Shown here: piece by piece, positions 21,146-31,725 of the stretch
How positions within the stretch are numbered: the stretch's first letter is position 1
Layout: every line of letters begins with the position of its first letter
Source: Nitrospirota bacterium
GTDB taxonomy: Bacteria; Nitrospirota; UBA9217
Assembly (NCBI GenBank): GCA_963751455.1
Contig: CAVVUN010000006.1
Location: 64,001 to 128,000 of the forward strand
DNA length: 64,000 nucleotides
Direction: 5' to 3'
Notes under the pieces: model-generated
The model's input: the letters and a program-made list of their open reading frames with translations, nothing else
Told to the model about the DNA's origin: nothing
The model's database searches: none
Program-made: the position numbers and the translations under genes

Positions 21146-21835
21146 TCACAGGTGTTCGATGTCCTTTTTCACTTTATCCGTTTCCCTGTCCATCATCTTG
21201 CGGGCGGCGTCGATTCCTCCGATGCCGAACGAAATAGAGAGGGCCAGGACAACGCCCCCGAAGATAATCGAGAAGGCGGCAAGGACGATATGGGGCGCAA
21301 TCGCGAGCTGTTCGAGCGCCATCGCGAGGACCATCATCATGAGCAGCAACCGCACGACCTCAACGAGCAGGTGCGTATAGTAGAAGCCGCTGTTCACCGC
21401 CGCGATAAGAACGGTCCTGACGATGAAACCGGAGATGATATAGCCGAACACCAGGATCAGCACCGCGGAAAAGGCACGGGGGAGATAAAGGAAGAATTGC
21501 GCAACGAGATGTTCGATGGCGGGTATGTTCAAGGCATTCAAGCCGGCCATAGCCGCGATAATGACGATCAGCCAGAAGCTGACTGCGCCTGCGATCTTCG
21601 AAGGTTTCGCCCAGAGGTCCCCTTTTCTCATGATGGATGTCAGCCCCATCCGGTCGCTCCAGTTATCGAATTCCATTGTCCGGAGCAGTTTGACCAGCCC
21701 GGTCCTGACCAGCTTTGCGGTGACGATCCCGATCAGGACGATGATCAGCATCGCAAGCAGGTTCGGGCTGAATCGGGTAAATTGAACGAATACCTCTCTG
21801 ACCGGATCAAGGACCAGCTTCACAAATGTTTCCAT
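21146..21835 (-). CDS. CmpX-like / MscS TM-helix membrane protein, copy 2
   Basis: Repeated 'PNLL/PRAF..LILVFG' TM-helix units, 'ALSISFGIGG'; paralog of 28374-29063. Confidence 0.8.
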   Translation of the reverse strand: METFVKLVLDPVREVFVQFTRFSPNLLAMLIIVLIGIVTAKLVRTGLVKLLRTMEFDNWSDRMGLTSIMRKGDLWAKPSKIAGAVSFWLIVIIAAMAGLNALNIPAIEHLVAQFFLYLPRAFSAVLILVFGYIISGFIVRTVLIAAVNSGFYYTHLLVEVVRLLLMMMVLAMALEQLAIAPHIVLAAFSIIFGGVVLALSISFGIGGIDAARKMMDRETDKVKKDIEHL

Positions 21836-21862
21836 GCCACACCTCCGTGATTATCTCCAAGT

Positions 21863-22050
21863 GCAACTGCTCAGGAAAGATTATCCGCAGATTACAAAGA
21901 TTTCACAGATTAAACCAAACCTGAATTCAGGTTTTTAAATCTGCGTCTATCTGCTTGTGCCCGCGCTTTGGCAACAGCAGGGTACGAAATCTGTGGATAA
22001 AGCTTTTCCCATGCGTAAATGACTTTCATCGTTCAAATCTGTGTAGTTAC
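21863..22050. mobile_element. MITE family B copy inserted into the last codons of the glycosyltransferase
   Basis: TIR GCAACTGCTCAG / CTGTGTAGTTAC; flanks CTCCAAGT and TTCCAATT (degenerate 8-bp TSD); internal sequence resembles 40785-40952. Confidence 0.75.
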
Positions 22051-23336
22051 TTCCAATTTTTGATCAAGTGGTCCTTGCTCTGTTCGAATTCCAGGCAGAG
22101 TTTTTCGATCTCCGCTTCTACCTCGTCCTGCCCGAGATGCTCGGTTTCCCGGATAAATGAAGCGGTCCTGCCCAGATACAGCGGGGTCAGGGACTTGAGC
22201 AGCTGTTCGCGCGGGAGGACACGGTTATGGTATGCCATGGCATAGTCATAGATGATCCTTGTCCATAGACTCTGCGGAAACAGTATCTCTCCGTTGGCGC
22301 GGGCGGCTGCCTGCTCGACTTCGGCGAGGTCGGCGTTGCTCAGTATTTCCGCCCATATCGTACAAAGCCCGCGGACACCCTCCCTGAAAATAACGCGCAT
22401 GCGGTCAGTATTGACGTTAATGGGCTCGAGCCCTACCGAGTAGCGGAACCCGAAGGTAGGCACAGATTCAGAACCCCGTATCTGTTTCCAGGCGTCGACA
22501 TGATTCTCGATCTGGCCGAAGACCGCCCCCGTGACCTGCGCAAGCATCGCGCTCAGGTCCGATCCCGGGTCCTTGGGATCGTGGATCTTTGCTCCGAGAA
22601 AAGCCTGTGCAACCTTGAAGTTGTTCGCTATTGCCTCGGACGTCATCCAGACATCGATGCCGTACCGTGCCACGTCGGTTTCCCAGACTTGTTTCGAAAG
22701 ATAATATTCGGCCAGTCTTCCTGAAAAGCCGAAGTCGCCGCCGATCGGCTGCCGTATGCGCTTGCCGTAAATCGCGCGAATGAAAGGATAGATAATGCTG
22801 TTTGTGATCGTTCCGTCGTATTTATGCCGGTGATACAGCGGAGCGACGTAGTCGAACCCCCCATTCAAAACCGGTTTGAGGAGCAGCTCGATCCATTCGG
22901 GTGTTATGCTCCGAAGGTCCGAATCGACTACAGCGCAGGCCTTTACCTGCAATGCCGAGGCAATCTCGAAAATGGCGCGAAGAGCGCTTCCTTTCCCGGG
23001 AATTCCAAGATAGGGGAAAGCCATTTTGAATGCGGGCCGGACCCGGTGATGAAGGAGAATGGATTGATAGTCCTCAACGCCGCTGTTCCGCGCAACGTCG
23101 ATCGTGCCGTCAGAGGAGCCTCCGTCGGAAACTACTATGACGGCCTTATGTTCGGGGAAATACTTGGCGAGACCTGCCTGCACTGCGTGAATGACGTGGC
23201 CGATTGTCCCGGCATTGTTGAAAGCCGGCACGCCGACGAGAATATCCGCGGTTTGAATCTTATCAAGATGCTCCTGGACGGTTCTTCCGGCGATGATGCC
23301 TGTCGAAATATCCTCGGTTCTGCTGAACGGTTCCAA
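22047..23336 (-). CDS. GT2 glycosyltransferase, glucosylglycerate/mannosylglycerate-synthase-like, copy 2
   Basis: 'DILVGVP', 'SDGGSSDGT', 'PGKGSA', 'VDSDLRSITPEW', 'RQPIGGDFG', 'YGIDVWMT'. Confidence 0.8.
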   Translation of the reverse strand: MEPFSRTEDISTGIIAGRTVQEHLDKIQTADILVGVPAFNNAGTIGHVIHAVQAGLAKYFPEHKAVIVVSDGGSSDGTIDVARNSGVEDYQSILLHHRVRPAFKMAFPYLGIPGKGSALRAIFEIASALQVKACAVVDSDLRSITPEWIELLLKPVLNGGFDYVAPLYHRHKYDGTITNSIIYPFIRAIYGKRIRQPIGGDFGFSGRLAEYYLSKQVWETDVARYGIDVWMTSEAIANNFKVAQAFLGAKIHDPKDPGSDLSAMLAQVTGAVFGQIENHVDAWKQIRGSESVPTFGFRYSVGLEPINVNTDRMRVIFREGVRGLCTIWAEILSNADLAEVEQAAARANGEILFPQSLWTRIIYDYAMAYHNRVLPREQLLKSLTPLYLGRTASFIRETEHLGQDEVEAEIEKLCLEFEQSKDHLIKNWK

Positions 23337-23624
23337 TTAGACTCCTGCATGCTGACTTTCTCTCGCGGAGAAAACGATCCCGGCCGTATGGGAAGCACGA
23401 CGGACCTTCCTCAATAAATCAAACTAAATTATTCGAATATTCAATTCTGTGATCAGGATCACTAAAACAAAGATTGCATGAATTTTGCCGCTTCCTGACG
23501 ACTAGCTGTCGCGATTGCCCGGAAGATACTGGAGAGTCTTGCAAGATGGGAGGCTCTATTAGATGGCTTTCGAATGTAAGAACAAGCACAGAGTTGCCAA
23601 GCTGCACATCTTCATTGTATTGCC

Positions 23625-25928
23625 TTACCGAACACTGTCTTTCAGGGTAGCACGATTGATGCCGTTGCGCCTCGCAAACTTATGATAATCGCCTGAAACC
23701 TGTCCCACTGCTATCGCAAGCAGCTCTTCTAACACCCGTGTAACTTCGTCCTGCTTATTGACATAGTAATCAGCGAAAGCGCTCCCACCAACGGCAATCG
23801 ATACGCCCCTGCCCTTAATCGCTTTAAAAGCGTCTTCATCCGTAATATCATCTCCGATATAGACAGGGATCCTTCCCGGTCCCCGGTGTCCCAGAATCCA
23901 GGAAACGGCATCCCCTTTGTTCCAGGCGTTGAGGGGCCTTATCTCGAAGACCTTCTTCCCTGACGTGATCCTGAAGCTCTTTTCGTATATGCGCGCGATC
24001 CGGGCGAAAAGGGCCGAAAATTCAGCGAGCTTTCTCAAATCCACCAGCCGGTAATGAACGCTTCCCGTAATCCCCTTGTCCTCGACCAGCACTCCGGGAA
24101 TGGATGACATTGCGGACCTGAGCCTGTCCAGAAAGTCTTTGAGTAGCCGGCGATCACGGCGCAACTGCCGGTTCAGCAGCGTCTTCCCGCCGGCACTGAT
24201 CTCGGAGCCGTGATTTCCGGCATAGACAATGCCCTCGATCGCGACCAGTTGCTGGAGATCTTCCACATTGCGGCCCGAAACGATGGCAACCGGGATACGG
24301 TCGGCGAGCCGTGAGATGAGTTCCCGTGTTGCATCGGATATAACAGCACGTTCCGGAGAGTCGGCAATCGGCGCCAGGGTGCCGTCGTAGTCAAGAAAAA
24401 GGAAGACCCGGCCTTCGTTGAGCAGCTCCCGGACATCAAGCCTGTGATCCAATAAGCTGATCGCCAGATTTTGCTTTCCGCGGGCCAGATCGATGATGTC
24501 TTCGAGAAAGTCCCTTATCCATTTATAGATGTCGTTATCCCTGATCTGCTTCCTGAGAGCCGCCATGAAAAGTCTCTTTTCTTCCGTGGAAAGATCAAGG
24601 GCTTTTTTAATCGTTGCGGAAAACTCGTCGAGGTCATACGGGTTTACGAGGATGGCGCCCTGCAATTCATCCGCTGCCCCCGCCAGTTCGCTCAGGATGA
24701 GAACGCCTTTATCTTCGACCTGTGAAGCCGCGTACTCCTTTGCCACAAGATTCATTCCGTCATAAATGGAGCTGATGATCGCGATATCCGCGATGCGGTA
24801 GTACAGGACCAGTTCCGGATGTTCAATTTTCTTATCGATGTATACGATCGGCTTCCACGAGCCCCTGCTGAACTTCTTGTTAATGTCCGCAATGAGTTTT
24901 TCAACAGTCTCCCGGTAACTGACGTACGGCTCTTTCAGTCTGGTCGGGACCGCGATCTGGATGAAGGTGAATCTTCCCCGTAATTTTTCATACCGGTCGA
25001 AAAAGAGCGCAATCGCCTGCAGGCGCTTTATCAGGGCCTTGGTATATTCAAGTCTGTCCACGCCGATGCCGACAAGGTCGGGCAGCGAGTGGCGTTTTCG
25101 GATTTCCCGGACAGCGCTTGAGACCTGCGGCGACGAGGCCATGCCGACGAATTTATTGTAGTCGATGCTTATGGGAAAAGCCTTCAGCGTCGTGACGCGG
25201 CCGCGGTAAAGTATGGTCGACCGCTTGCGGTCGATCTCTGCGCCAAGGCATTCCCGTGCACAGTCGAGAAAATTCCTGACAAAAAGCGGTATCTGAAACC
25301 CGATAAGATCGCTGCCGAGCAGACCCTCCAGGATTTCACGTGACTGCGGGCAGACCCGAAAGACGCTCCAGTCGGGCCAGGGAATATGCCAGAAATGGGC
25401 TATGGTGAGATCGTTCTTTTTCTCTCGCAGGAAACCGGGCGCGAGGCAAAGATGGTAGTCATGGAACCAGACAGCGCTGTCAGCATCGGCTTCCTCCAGT
25501 ACCGCTTCGGCAAACGCCAGGTTCACTTTTAAATAGTAGTCCCAGAATTTTTTTCGAAAATAAACACGGTCAAGCGTGATATGGCAGAGAGGCCAGAGCA
25601 CCTGGTTGGAATAACCGTGATAATAGTTGTCCGCTTCCAATGGACTGAGCCACACCCGCTTCAGAATGTATGAGGGATTGTCAGGGGGAACAAGGATCCG
25701 GTTATGGCCGTCGACCACATCCGTATCGCCAGTGCCGCTTCCCCAGGCGACCCATACGCCGCCCGTGGCCTTCAGGACATCGTCCATGGCGGAGGTCAGT
25801 CCTCCTGTGGGTTTCTCCACCTTGATGCTCAATCCTGTTTTTTTATGAATGTACGGCTCCCGGTTCGAAACGACGATCAGTTGTTTCCCGGAAAGCTCTT
25901 TTTTCACGAATTGCGCCAGTTTATCCAT
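23625..25928 (-). CDS. otsAB: Bifunctional trehalose-6-phosphate synthase / phosphatase
   Basis: GT20 motifs VSNREP, HDYH, FWHIPWP, DRLEYTK, DGMNLVAKEY; HAD domain FLDYDGTL...GDDITDEDAF. Confidence 0.93.
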   Translation of the reverse strand: MDKLAQFVKKELSGKQLIVVSNREPYIHKKTGLSIKVEKPTGGLTSAMDDVLKATGGVWVAWGSGTGDTDVVDGHNRILVPPDNPSYILKRVWLSPLEADNYYHGYSNQVLWPLCHITLDRVYFRKKFWDYYLKVNLAFAEAVLEEADADSAVWFHDYHLCLAPGFLREKKNDLTIAHFWHIPWPDWSVFRVCPQSREILEGLLGSDLIGFQIPLFVRNFLDCARECLGAEIDRKRSTILYRGRVTTLKAFPISIDYNKFVGMASSPQVSSAVREIRKRHSLPDLVGIGVDRLEYTKALIKRLQAIALFFDRYEKLRGRFTFIQIAVPTRLKEPYVSYRETVEKLIADINKKFSRGSWKPIVYIDKKIEHPELVLYYRIADIAIISSIYDGMNLVAKEYAASQVEDKGVLILSELAGAADELQGAILVNPYDLDEFSATIKKALDLSTEEKRLFMAALRKQIRDNDIYKWIRDFLEDIIDLARGKQNLAISLLDHRLDVRELLNEGRVFLFLDYDGTLAPIADSPERAVISDATRELISRLADRIPVAIVSGRNVEDLQQLVAIEGIVYAGNHGSEISAGGKTLLNRQLRRDRRLLKDFLDRLRSAMSSIPGVLVEDKGITGSVHYRLVDLRKLAEFSALFARIARIYEKSFRITSGKKVFEIRPLNAWNKGDAVSWILGHRGPGRIPVYIGDDITDEDAFKAIKGRGVSIAVGGSAFADYYVNKQDEVTRVLEELLAIAVGQVSGDYHKFARRNGINRATLKDSVR

Positions 25929-25994
25929 GAGACCTCCGGTCTGCTAACGGCTGATTTTGTGTCTCGCGACAGAATGCCGCCGGAACAGAATTAC

Positions 25995-27036
25995 TCATTT
26001 TTTCCACCCCTGATCTTCCCTGACATAAACGGTCCGGTGCGGGAAGGGAATCTCGATGCCTTCCTCCCTGAACCGTTTGAAAATCCTTTTTCGGAGCTCG
26101 TGCTGGGCGAGATACTGGTCAACGAATTCCCCTACCTGGCAGATAAGCGTGAAATCCAGGGAGCTGTCGTCGATGCCGGGGATGAAACGTACGAACGGCT
26201 CCGGCTCTCCGAGGAGCCCCGGCACCTCTCCCACGGAGTTCTTCGCGACCTCGACCAGAATCCGCTCGATCCGCTCAGGATCGGAGGAATAGCTGACACC
26301 GACCGGGATGAGCAGGGACATCCGCTTTTGCGGGAGATAGTAATTCGTCACCACACTCTGGGCGAGCTTGCTGTTCGGTATGACGACCATATTATTCGGC
26401 AACATTCGGACGCGGGTTGTCCTCCAAGTAATGTCGTCAACGTAGCTTTCCTGCCCCGACTCCAACCTAACGAAGTCGCCTACGCGCACGGCTTTTTCCA
26501 CGAGTATATGGATACCGGCGAACAGGTTTGCGAGTGTGTCCTGGAGCGCAAGGGCCACTGCAAGACCGCCGATGCCGAGGGCGGTGATAAGCGGCGCAAT
26601 CGAAATTCCAAGAAATCCAAGGATGACGAGCAGGCCAAGTATGATGATGATGCCCTTCAAAAGGGCATACGCGAGCCCCGTTGTCGGCAGGGGCAGATTA
26701 GACTGCAGGACGTAACTCTTGAATGCCCTGCCGGGCAGGTTCGCCGTCGCGATTGTGACCGAAAAGATGACAATAACGTAGATAATATTGCCGATAAGGC
26801 GCACATGTTGCTCCGGAATTTCGGAAAAACTGACTCCGAAATAGACGCCCAGTGCTATGGCCCAGAAAATACTGGGGGCCTTGAATGAAGTCACGAATAT
26901 GTCGTCGATCTTCGTTTCGGTTTTTTTCGCCCACTGTGATATATCGGAACGCTACGGCCCTGACGGTCAGCAGCAGGCCTATAAAGACAAGGGACGCTGC
27001 GGACGGGATAAGGAAGCTCTTGAAAGTGGTATCCAT
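25995..27036 (-). pseudogene. mscS: MscS small-conductance mechanosensitive channel, frameshifted near 26937 (or sequencing error)
   Basis: 'GIGGLAVALALQDTLANLFAGI', 'IPNSKL', 'IEIPFP'; the N-terminal TM from ATG 27036 continues in another frame as QWAKKTETKIDDIFVTSF. Confidence 0.75.
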
Positions 27037-27089
27037 GATTTTACCTCTTCACCGGATGTGATATTGCCATAAACTTTTACAGATGGTTC

Positions 27090-28298
27090 TCATGCGTTAT
27101 CTTCATCTACCGCATTTCTGAGCATATCGAGAATATCCGGAATTGCCGACGTCACCCGGTTCCAGTTTGGGATAAGCGGTGTTCCCAGGGGGTGGTTCAT
27201 GTACACCTGGGCCGCCAATCCTATCGCCCGCGTGAACGCGTCCACCGCCTTTGCTTCCTCGTGCCGGTCGAATAACAGCCCGTTGATGGCCGCGTCCGCC
27301 TCGTACTTCATGATCGTGTCTTCAGCGTGCCGCAAATACGCGACTGAAAGGGACTTAAAGAACCCGTCCGAGAAGATAACCCCTTCCGATGCAAGTGTCC
27401 TGAAGATCGATTTGCAGATATCGACCGTCATCTTCATGAGGCCCTTTTCCGCGTCCTGCGATGAAAGCGCCTGGTGTTTATGCTCGTACGCGGCTGCAAT
27501 ATCCACCTGGCATACGCGGCGCGGTGAATAGTTGCGGTACACCTCGGCCAGAGATCCGACTTCAAGCCCCCAGTCCCACGGTATCCGGTTGACCCTCGCA
27601 AGATCAGTAATCATGCAGAACTCTCCGGAGAGCGGGTACCGGAAGCTGTCCAGGAACATCAGGAAACGGTGCGGCCCAATGAGCTGCTGGATAGACCGGA
27701 CAAGGGGCGTTATGAGAAGGCGCGTTGCCCGGCCGTGCATCTTGTTCGTTACCCTGCTGTAGAATCCTTTGCAGAAAACGTAATCCAGGTTCGGGTTTAC
27801 CACGGGGTAGCACAGCCGGGCCAGCATTTCGCGGTTATATGTAACGATATCGCAGTCATGGAGCGCTATTACTTCGGAGCGGCCTCGCGCCAGGACATAT
27901 CCGTACGCCAGCCACGCGGAACGGCCCTTGCCGCGCAGTCCCGCATCAAGGCCGTTCCGTGAAAGGGTTTCGTATATTTCGATGATCCGTTTGCCGTCAT
28001 TATGGATGATTTTAACGTCGGCAGATACGGTCGACATGATCTCACGGACCTGGTGGAACTCTTTCTCCGCGGCCTTGTCCAGGACCAGTACGACCTCCTC
28101 CAGGTAATTCACCTTCGAAAGCTCTTTGACGATCCCCGGCATGGCCTGTCCCTCGAACTCGGAATACAGCGCGGGGAGGACCAGTGCTATGGGCCGCTTT
28201 TTTGAAAACGTGCTTAGCTCGGATTCAAGCCGATCGAGGGATGGTTTCCCCAGAGCATGAAGGGTAGTTATGATTCCGGTCTGATAGAAGTCGCTCAT
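27090..28298 (-). CDS. gpgS: Glucosyl-3-phosphoglycerate synthase, copy 1
   Basis: Same motifs as, and long identical stretches with, 19572-20813. Confidence 0.8.
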   Translation of the reverse strand: MSDFYQTGIITTLHALGKPSLDRLESELSTFSKKRPIALVLPALYSEFEGQAMPGIVKELSKVNYLEEVVLVLDKAAEKEFHQVREIMSTVSADVKIIHNDGKRIIEIYETLSRNGLDAGLRGKGRSAWLAYGYVLARGRSEVIALHDCDIVTYNREMLARLCYPVVNPNLDYVFCKGFYSRVTNKMHGRATRLLITPLVRSIQQLIGPHRFLMFLDSFRYPLSGEFCMITDLARVNRIPWDWGLEVGSLAEVYRNYSPRRVCQVDIAAAYEHKHQALSSQDAEKGLMKMTVDICKSIFRTLASEGVIFSDGFFKSLSVAYLRHAEDTIMKYEADAAINGLLFDRHEEAKAVDAFTRAIGLAAQVYMNHPLGTPLIPNWNRVTSAIPDILDMLRNAVDEDNA

Positions 28299-28373
28299 AG
28301 CGCTATCTCATCCTCGTCCTTCGGCCATGGTCCCTCCGTCCCTCGTCCGTCTCTCATCTCGTCCCTCGCCGAT

Positions 28374-29063
28374 TCACAGATGCTCAATGTCCTTTTTTAC
28401 TTTTTCCGCCTCTTTGTCTATTATCCTTCGTGCTGCCTCAATGCCGCCGACTCCTAACGCGATTGCCAGTGCGAGAATGACTCCTCCGAAGATGATCGAG
28501 AACGCAGCAAGAACAATATTCGGCGCGATCTGGAGCTGTTCAAGAGCCATGGCGAAGACCATTATCATCAGAAGCAAACGTAGCACTTCAACGAGCACAT
28601 GAGTATAATAGTAGCCTCTGTTCACCGCGGCTATAAGGACTCCCCTGACGATGAAACCCGAGATCATGTAGCCGAAGACCAGGATCAGTATTGCGGAAAA
28701 TATACGCGGCAGGTAGAGGAAGAACTGGGCGACAAGGTTCTCGAGAGCCGGAATTTTGAGTGCATTGAAGCCGGCCATGACCGCAACAACGACGATCAGC
28801 CAGAAGCAGGCAGCACCGGCGATCGTCGACGGCTTCGCCCACAGGTCGCCTTTTCTCATGATCGACGTCAGGCCCATACGGTCGCTCCAACTGTCGAACT
28901 TTATGGTCCGAAGCAGTTTGGCTACGACAGCCTTGGCGAGCCTGCCCGCAATAAGACCGACGAGCATAATGCTGAGCATGGCGAGTATGTTCGGGCTATA
29001 CCGGGTGAATTGAAGAAACACCTCCTTCAGCGGTTCAAGGACCAACATAATGAACGTTTCCAT
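28374..29063 (-). CDS. CmpX-like / MscS TM-helix membrane protein, copy 1
   Basis: Paralog of 21146-21835; both 229 aa ending VKKDIEHL. Confidence 0.8.
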   Translation of the reverse strand: METFIMLVLEPLKEVFLQFTRYSPNILAMLSIMLVGLIAGRLAKAVVAKLLRTIKFDSWSDRMGLTSIMRKGDLWAKPSTIAGAACFWLIVVVAVMAGFNALKIPALENLVAQFFLYLPRIFSAILILVFGYMISGFIVRGVLIAAVNRGYYYTHVLVEVLRLLLMIMVFAMALEQLQIAPNIVLAAFSIIFGGVILALAIALGVGGIEAARRIIDKEAEKVKKDIEHL

Positions 29064-29076
29064 GGAATACCTCCCT

Positions 29077-30354
29077 TCATCTCCAGGTCTTGATCAAGTG
29101 GTCTTTATTCTTTTCGAACTCCAGACACAGTTTTTCAATCTCGACCTCGGTCTCGTCCTGTCCGAGTTTTTCAACACTGCGGATAAAAGATGCGGCCTTT
29201 CCGAGATACAGCGGGGTCAGGGACTTGAGGAGTTGCTTGCGAGGGAAGATACGCTGGCGGCACGCAACGGCATAGTCATAAATGATTCTCGTCCAGAGAG
29301 AATTCGGAAAAACCAGATCCTGATCGGCCGCAACCCCAACGCGCTCAACCTCTGCGAGGTCGCCCCATCCCAGAACCTTGCCCCACATGGTTCTCAAGCT
29401 TTTGATCCCTTCACGAAAAATTACAAGCATCCCTGCAATATCCGCATGGACCGGTTCAAGTCCCACGGTATAGCGGAAGCCGAACGTCGGAACGGGTTCC
29501 GGGCGGTGTATCTGTTTCCATACGTTCCCATAAATTTCGATCTGTCCAAAAGCCGCACTCATTACCTGCGCGAGCATCTCACTCAGATCCGATGCCTGGT
29601 CCCCGGGATCGTGGATTTTAGCGCCAAGAAAAGCCTGAGCGACCTTGAAGTTGTTGGCCAGCGCCTCTGTCGTCATCCAGATATCGATTCCATGCCGGGC
29701 AACATCGGTCTGCCAGACGTCCTTTGTCAGATAATATTTCGCGAGCCTGCCGGAAAAGCCGAAGTCTCCTCCAATCGGCTGACGAATCATTTTGCCGTAA
29801 AGCGCCCGGGTCAATGGATAGACGATTGTGTTCGTAATAGTACCGTCGAACTTGTGCCGGTGATAGAGTGGTGCGACATAATCAAATCCCTCCTTGAGCA
29901 CCGGTTTCAAAAGGAGCTCGATCCACTCGGGCGTAATGCTCCTGACGTCCGCGTCGACGATTGCGCAGGCCTTGACGTCGAGAGCGGCCGCTGACTCGAA
30001 TATCGCGCGGACCGCGCTTCCTTTTCCCGGAAACCCCTGGTACGACGCCGCCCTTTTTAAGACGGATCTCGCCGGGCGATGAACCAGAATGGATTGAAAG
30101 TCCTCAAAAATCGTGTTGCGCACCACATCGATCGTGCCGTCTGAGGAATCGCCGTCCGAATTGAGGATTACAGCCTTGTAATCAGGAAAATACTTGGCAA
30201 GGCCCGCCTGAACCGCACGGATCACGTGACCAATGGTCCTTGCGCTGTTGCGGGTCGGGATACCGACGAGGATATCGGCCGTTCTTATCTTTTTGACGAC
30301 ATCGCTGACCGCTCCACCGGTAACTAAACTTCTCGAAAGATCCTCCGATATCAT
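29077..30354 (-). CDS. GT2 glycosyltransferase, glucosylglycerate/mannosylglycerate-synthase-like, copy 1
   Basis: Paralog of 22047-23336 with the same motifs. Confidence 0.8.
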   Translation of the reverse strand: MISEDLSRSLVTGGAVSDVVKKIRTADILVGIPTRNSARTIGHVIRAVQAGLAKYFPDYKAVILNSDGDSSDGTIDVVRNTIFEDFQSILVHRPARSVLKRAASYQGFPGKGSAVRAIFESAAALDVKACAIVDADVRSITPEWIELLLKPVLKEGFDYVAPLYHRHKFDGTITNTIVYPLTRALYGKMIRQPIGGDFGFSGRLAKYYLTKDVWQTDVARHGIDIWMTTEALANNFKVAQAFLGAKIHDPGDQASDLSEMLAQVMSAAFGQIEIYGNVWKQIHRPEPVPTFGFRYTVGLEPVHADIAGMLVIFREGIKSLRTMWGKVLGWGDLAEVERVGVAADQDLVFPNSLWTRIIYDYAVACRQRIFPRKQLLKSLTPLYLGKAASFIRSVEKLGQDETEVEIEKLCLEFEKNKDHLIKTWR

Positions 30355-30566
30355 TCAGCGCCTCCGGGCTTATCCAGCAGAACCACTTGCAGGTCCATAC
30401 GTGTGTCCTGTCGTTCTGTTCCGATCAAATATTTTTGACTAACAAGGGCATCGAGACAAAGAATATGTACGTGTCAGGCCGCAAACCCCTGCTTGCGTCA
30501 TGATATGGATCTGCCGCTGATAATGCGGCGTTGAATATGTCTATCAATAATATCGTTTTCATCGTT

Positions 30567-31358
30567 TCAGGTTAGCAGGTTCATAACGGCTTCGCTCCAG
30601 CCTTTTGGTCCGATGCCTTGTGTGCGGACGATACCCGGTATGCGAATCCTGGGGTCATGTCTTCCGTTAGCCTTTTTAATGAGAACGGGTCGATCTACGG
30701 TAAGGAGAAAAGGCAGATCGTTCAGGCTGTCACCAATCCCGATTGTCGTGATGGAGTTATTTTCACGTTTATAGAGGTCGCGAAGCCTTTCCACCGCCCT
30801 GCCCTTATGGTGATTGCCCATTATGTGGAAGAACTGGCCCTGTGTCCACCGCAGTTTCTCCCCCTCGATTGCCTGCAAAAACCGCTCATCCGCGCCGTTC
30901 AGAAATACGAACGGTTCGCTGAAATCGCGTTTTTTTGCGAGCTCCGCCTCGTTCCTGGCCAAACCGGTCAAGGAAGCCACTTCCCCCAGGCTCATATCTC
31001 CAAATCCGCGGACCGCGATGCCCAGGCGGTCGCGCATCTCCACAAATTGCCTGCGTATCTGTTCGTAGGGCTTTCCAAACGAAATTATCCGGTAATCATC
31101 ACTGATCTTTCCCGGTACAGGGACGTTAAAATAGTTCCGGGGGATATAGATGCCTCCTCCGTTTTCAACTACAAACGGATGCCCGTTCCCAAGAAGTGTT
31201 CTCCATACCTCGATCTCAGCCCTCGTTTTGCTGGACACAAAAATCACCGCTGCATCTTTCCGCCTTGCCAACTCAAGCGCCGGTCGAGCTGCTTTCGCCG
31301 AATAGGTCTCAGGATCAAGCAGTGTCCCGTCGAGGTCTGTGAAAATAATCGTTTTCAT
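30567..31358 (-). CDS. Glucosyl/mannosyl-3-phosphoglycerate phosphatase (HAD IIB)
   Basis: FTDLDGTLLD, SSKTRAE, ENGG, GDSLNDLP, GPKGW. Confidence 0.88.
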   Translation of the reverse strand: MKTIIFTDLDGTLLDPETYSAKAARPALELARRKDAAVIFVSSKTRAEIEVWRTLLGNGHPFVVENGGGIYIPRNYFNVPVPGKISDDYRIISFGKPYEQIRRQFVEMRDRLGIAVRGFGDMSLGEVASLTGLARNEAELAKKRDFSEPFVFLNGADERFLQAIEGEKLRWTQGQFFHIMGNHHKGRAVERLRDLYKRENNSITTIGIGDSLNDLPFLLTVDRPVLIKKANGRHDPRIRIPGIVRTQGIGPKGWSEAVMNLLT

Positions 31359-31391
31359 ATGAGACTGTATCCCGGATTGACTGACGCCGAA

Positions 31392-31610
31392 TCAGTGAAT
31401 TTGTCTCTTTTCGGCTGTTTTTCGCCTTGCGCTCAACCCGCCTAACAATTGCGCCATGACAACACCGGTCAGCACGGAAGCAACTGCCACTGATGCCAAT
31501 GAAGTTTCGAATTTCCAGATCAGAAAGGAAACAGGAACCGGAACCTCATTCTGAGCGGAAAAAGCGATAATCAATCCCACGATAAGAATGATGAGAATAA
31601 CGTGTTTCAT
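31392..31610 (-). CDS. LapA / DUF1049-like small membrane protein
   Basis: 'IAFSAQN...VSFLIWKFETSL' with two hydrophobic segments. Confidence 0.75.
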   Translation of the reverse strand: MKHVILIILIVGLIIAFSAQNEVPVPVSFLIWKFETSLASVAVASVLTGVVMAQLLGGLSARRKTAEKRQIH

Positions 31611-31725
31611 ATTCCTCCTGGGAAACATGACCTATACGGAAATGTCAGAGCGATTCCGTGGACGACGTGAAATGCTGCACGATACCCGTTACACGACCCG
31701 AAGAATAATATTGCGCTGCAGTTTC

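Noticed and set aside
21100-28372. Pyrimidine-rich heptamer-like tracts (21100-21142, 28302-28370; similar purine tract at 15434-15462)
   Set aside because: Short degenerate intergenic low-complexity repeats; no function supportable from sequence.
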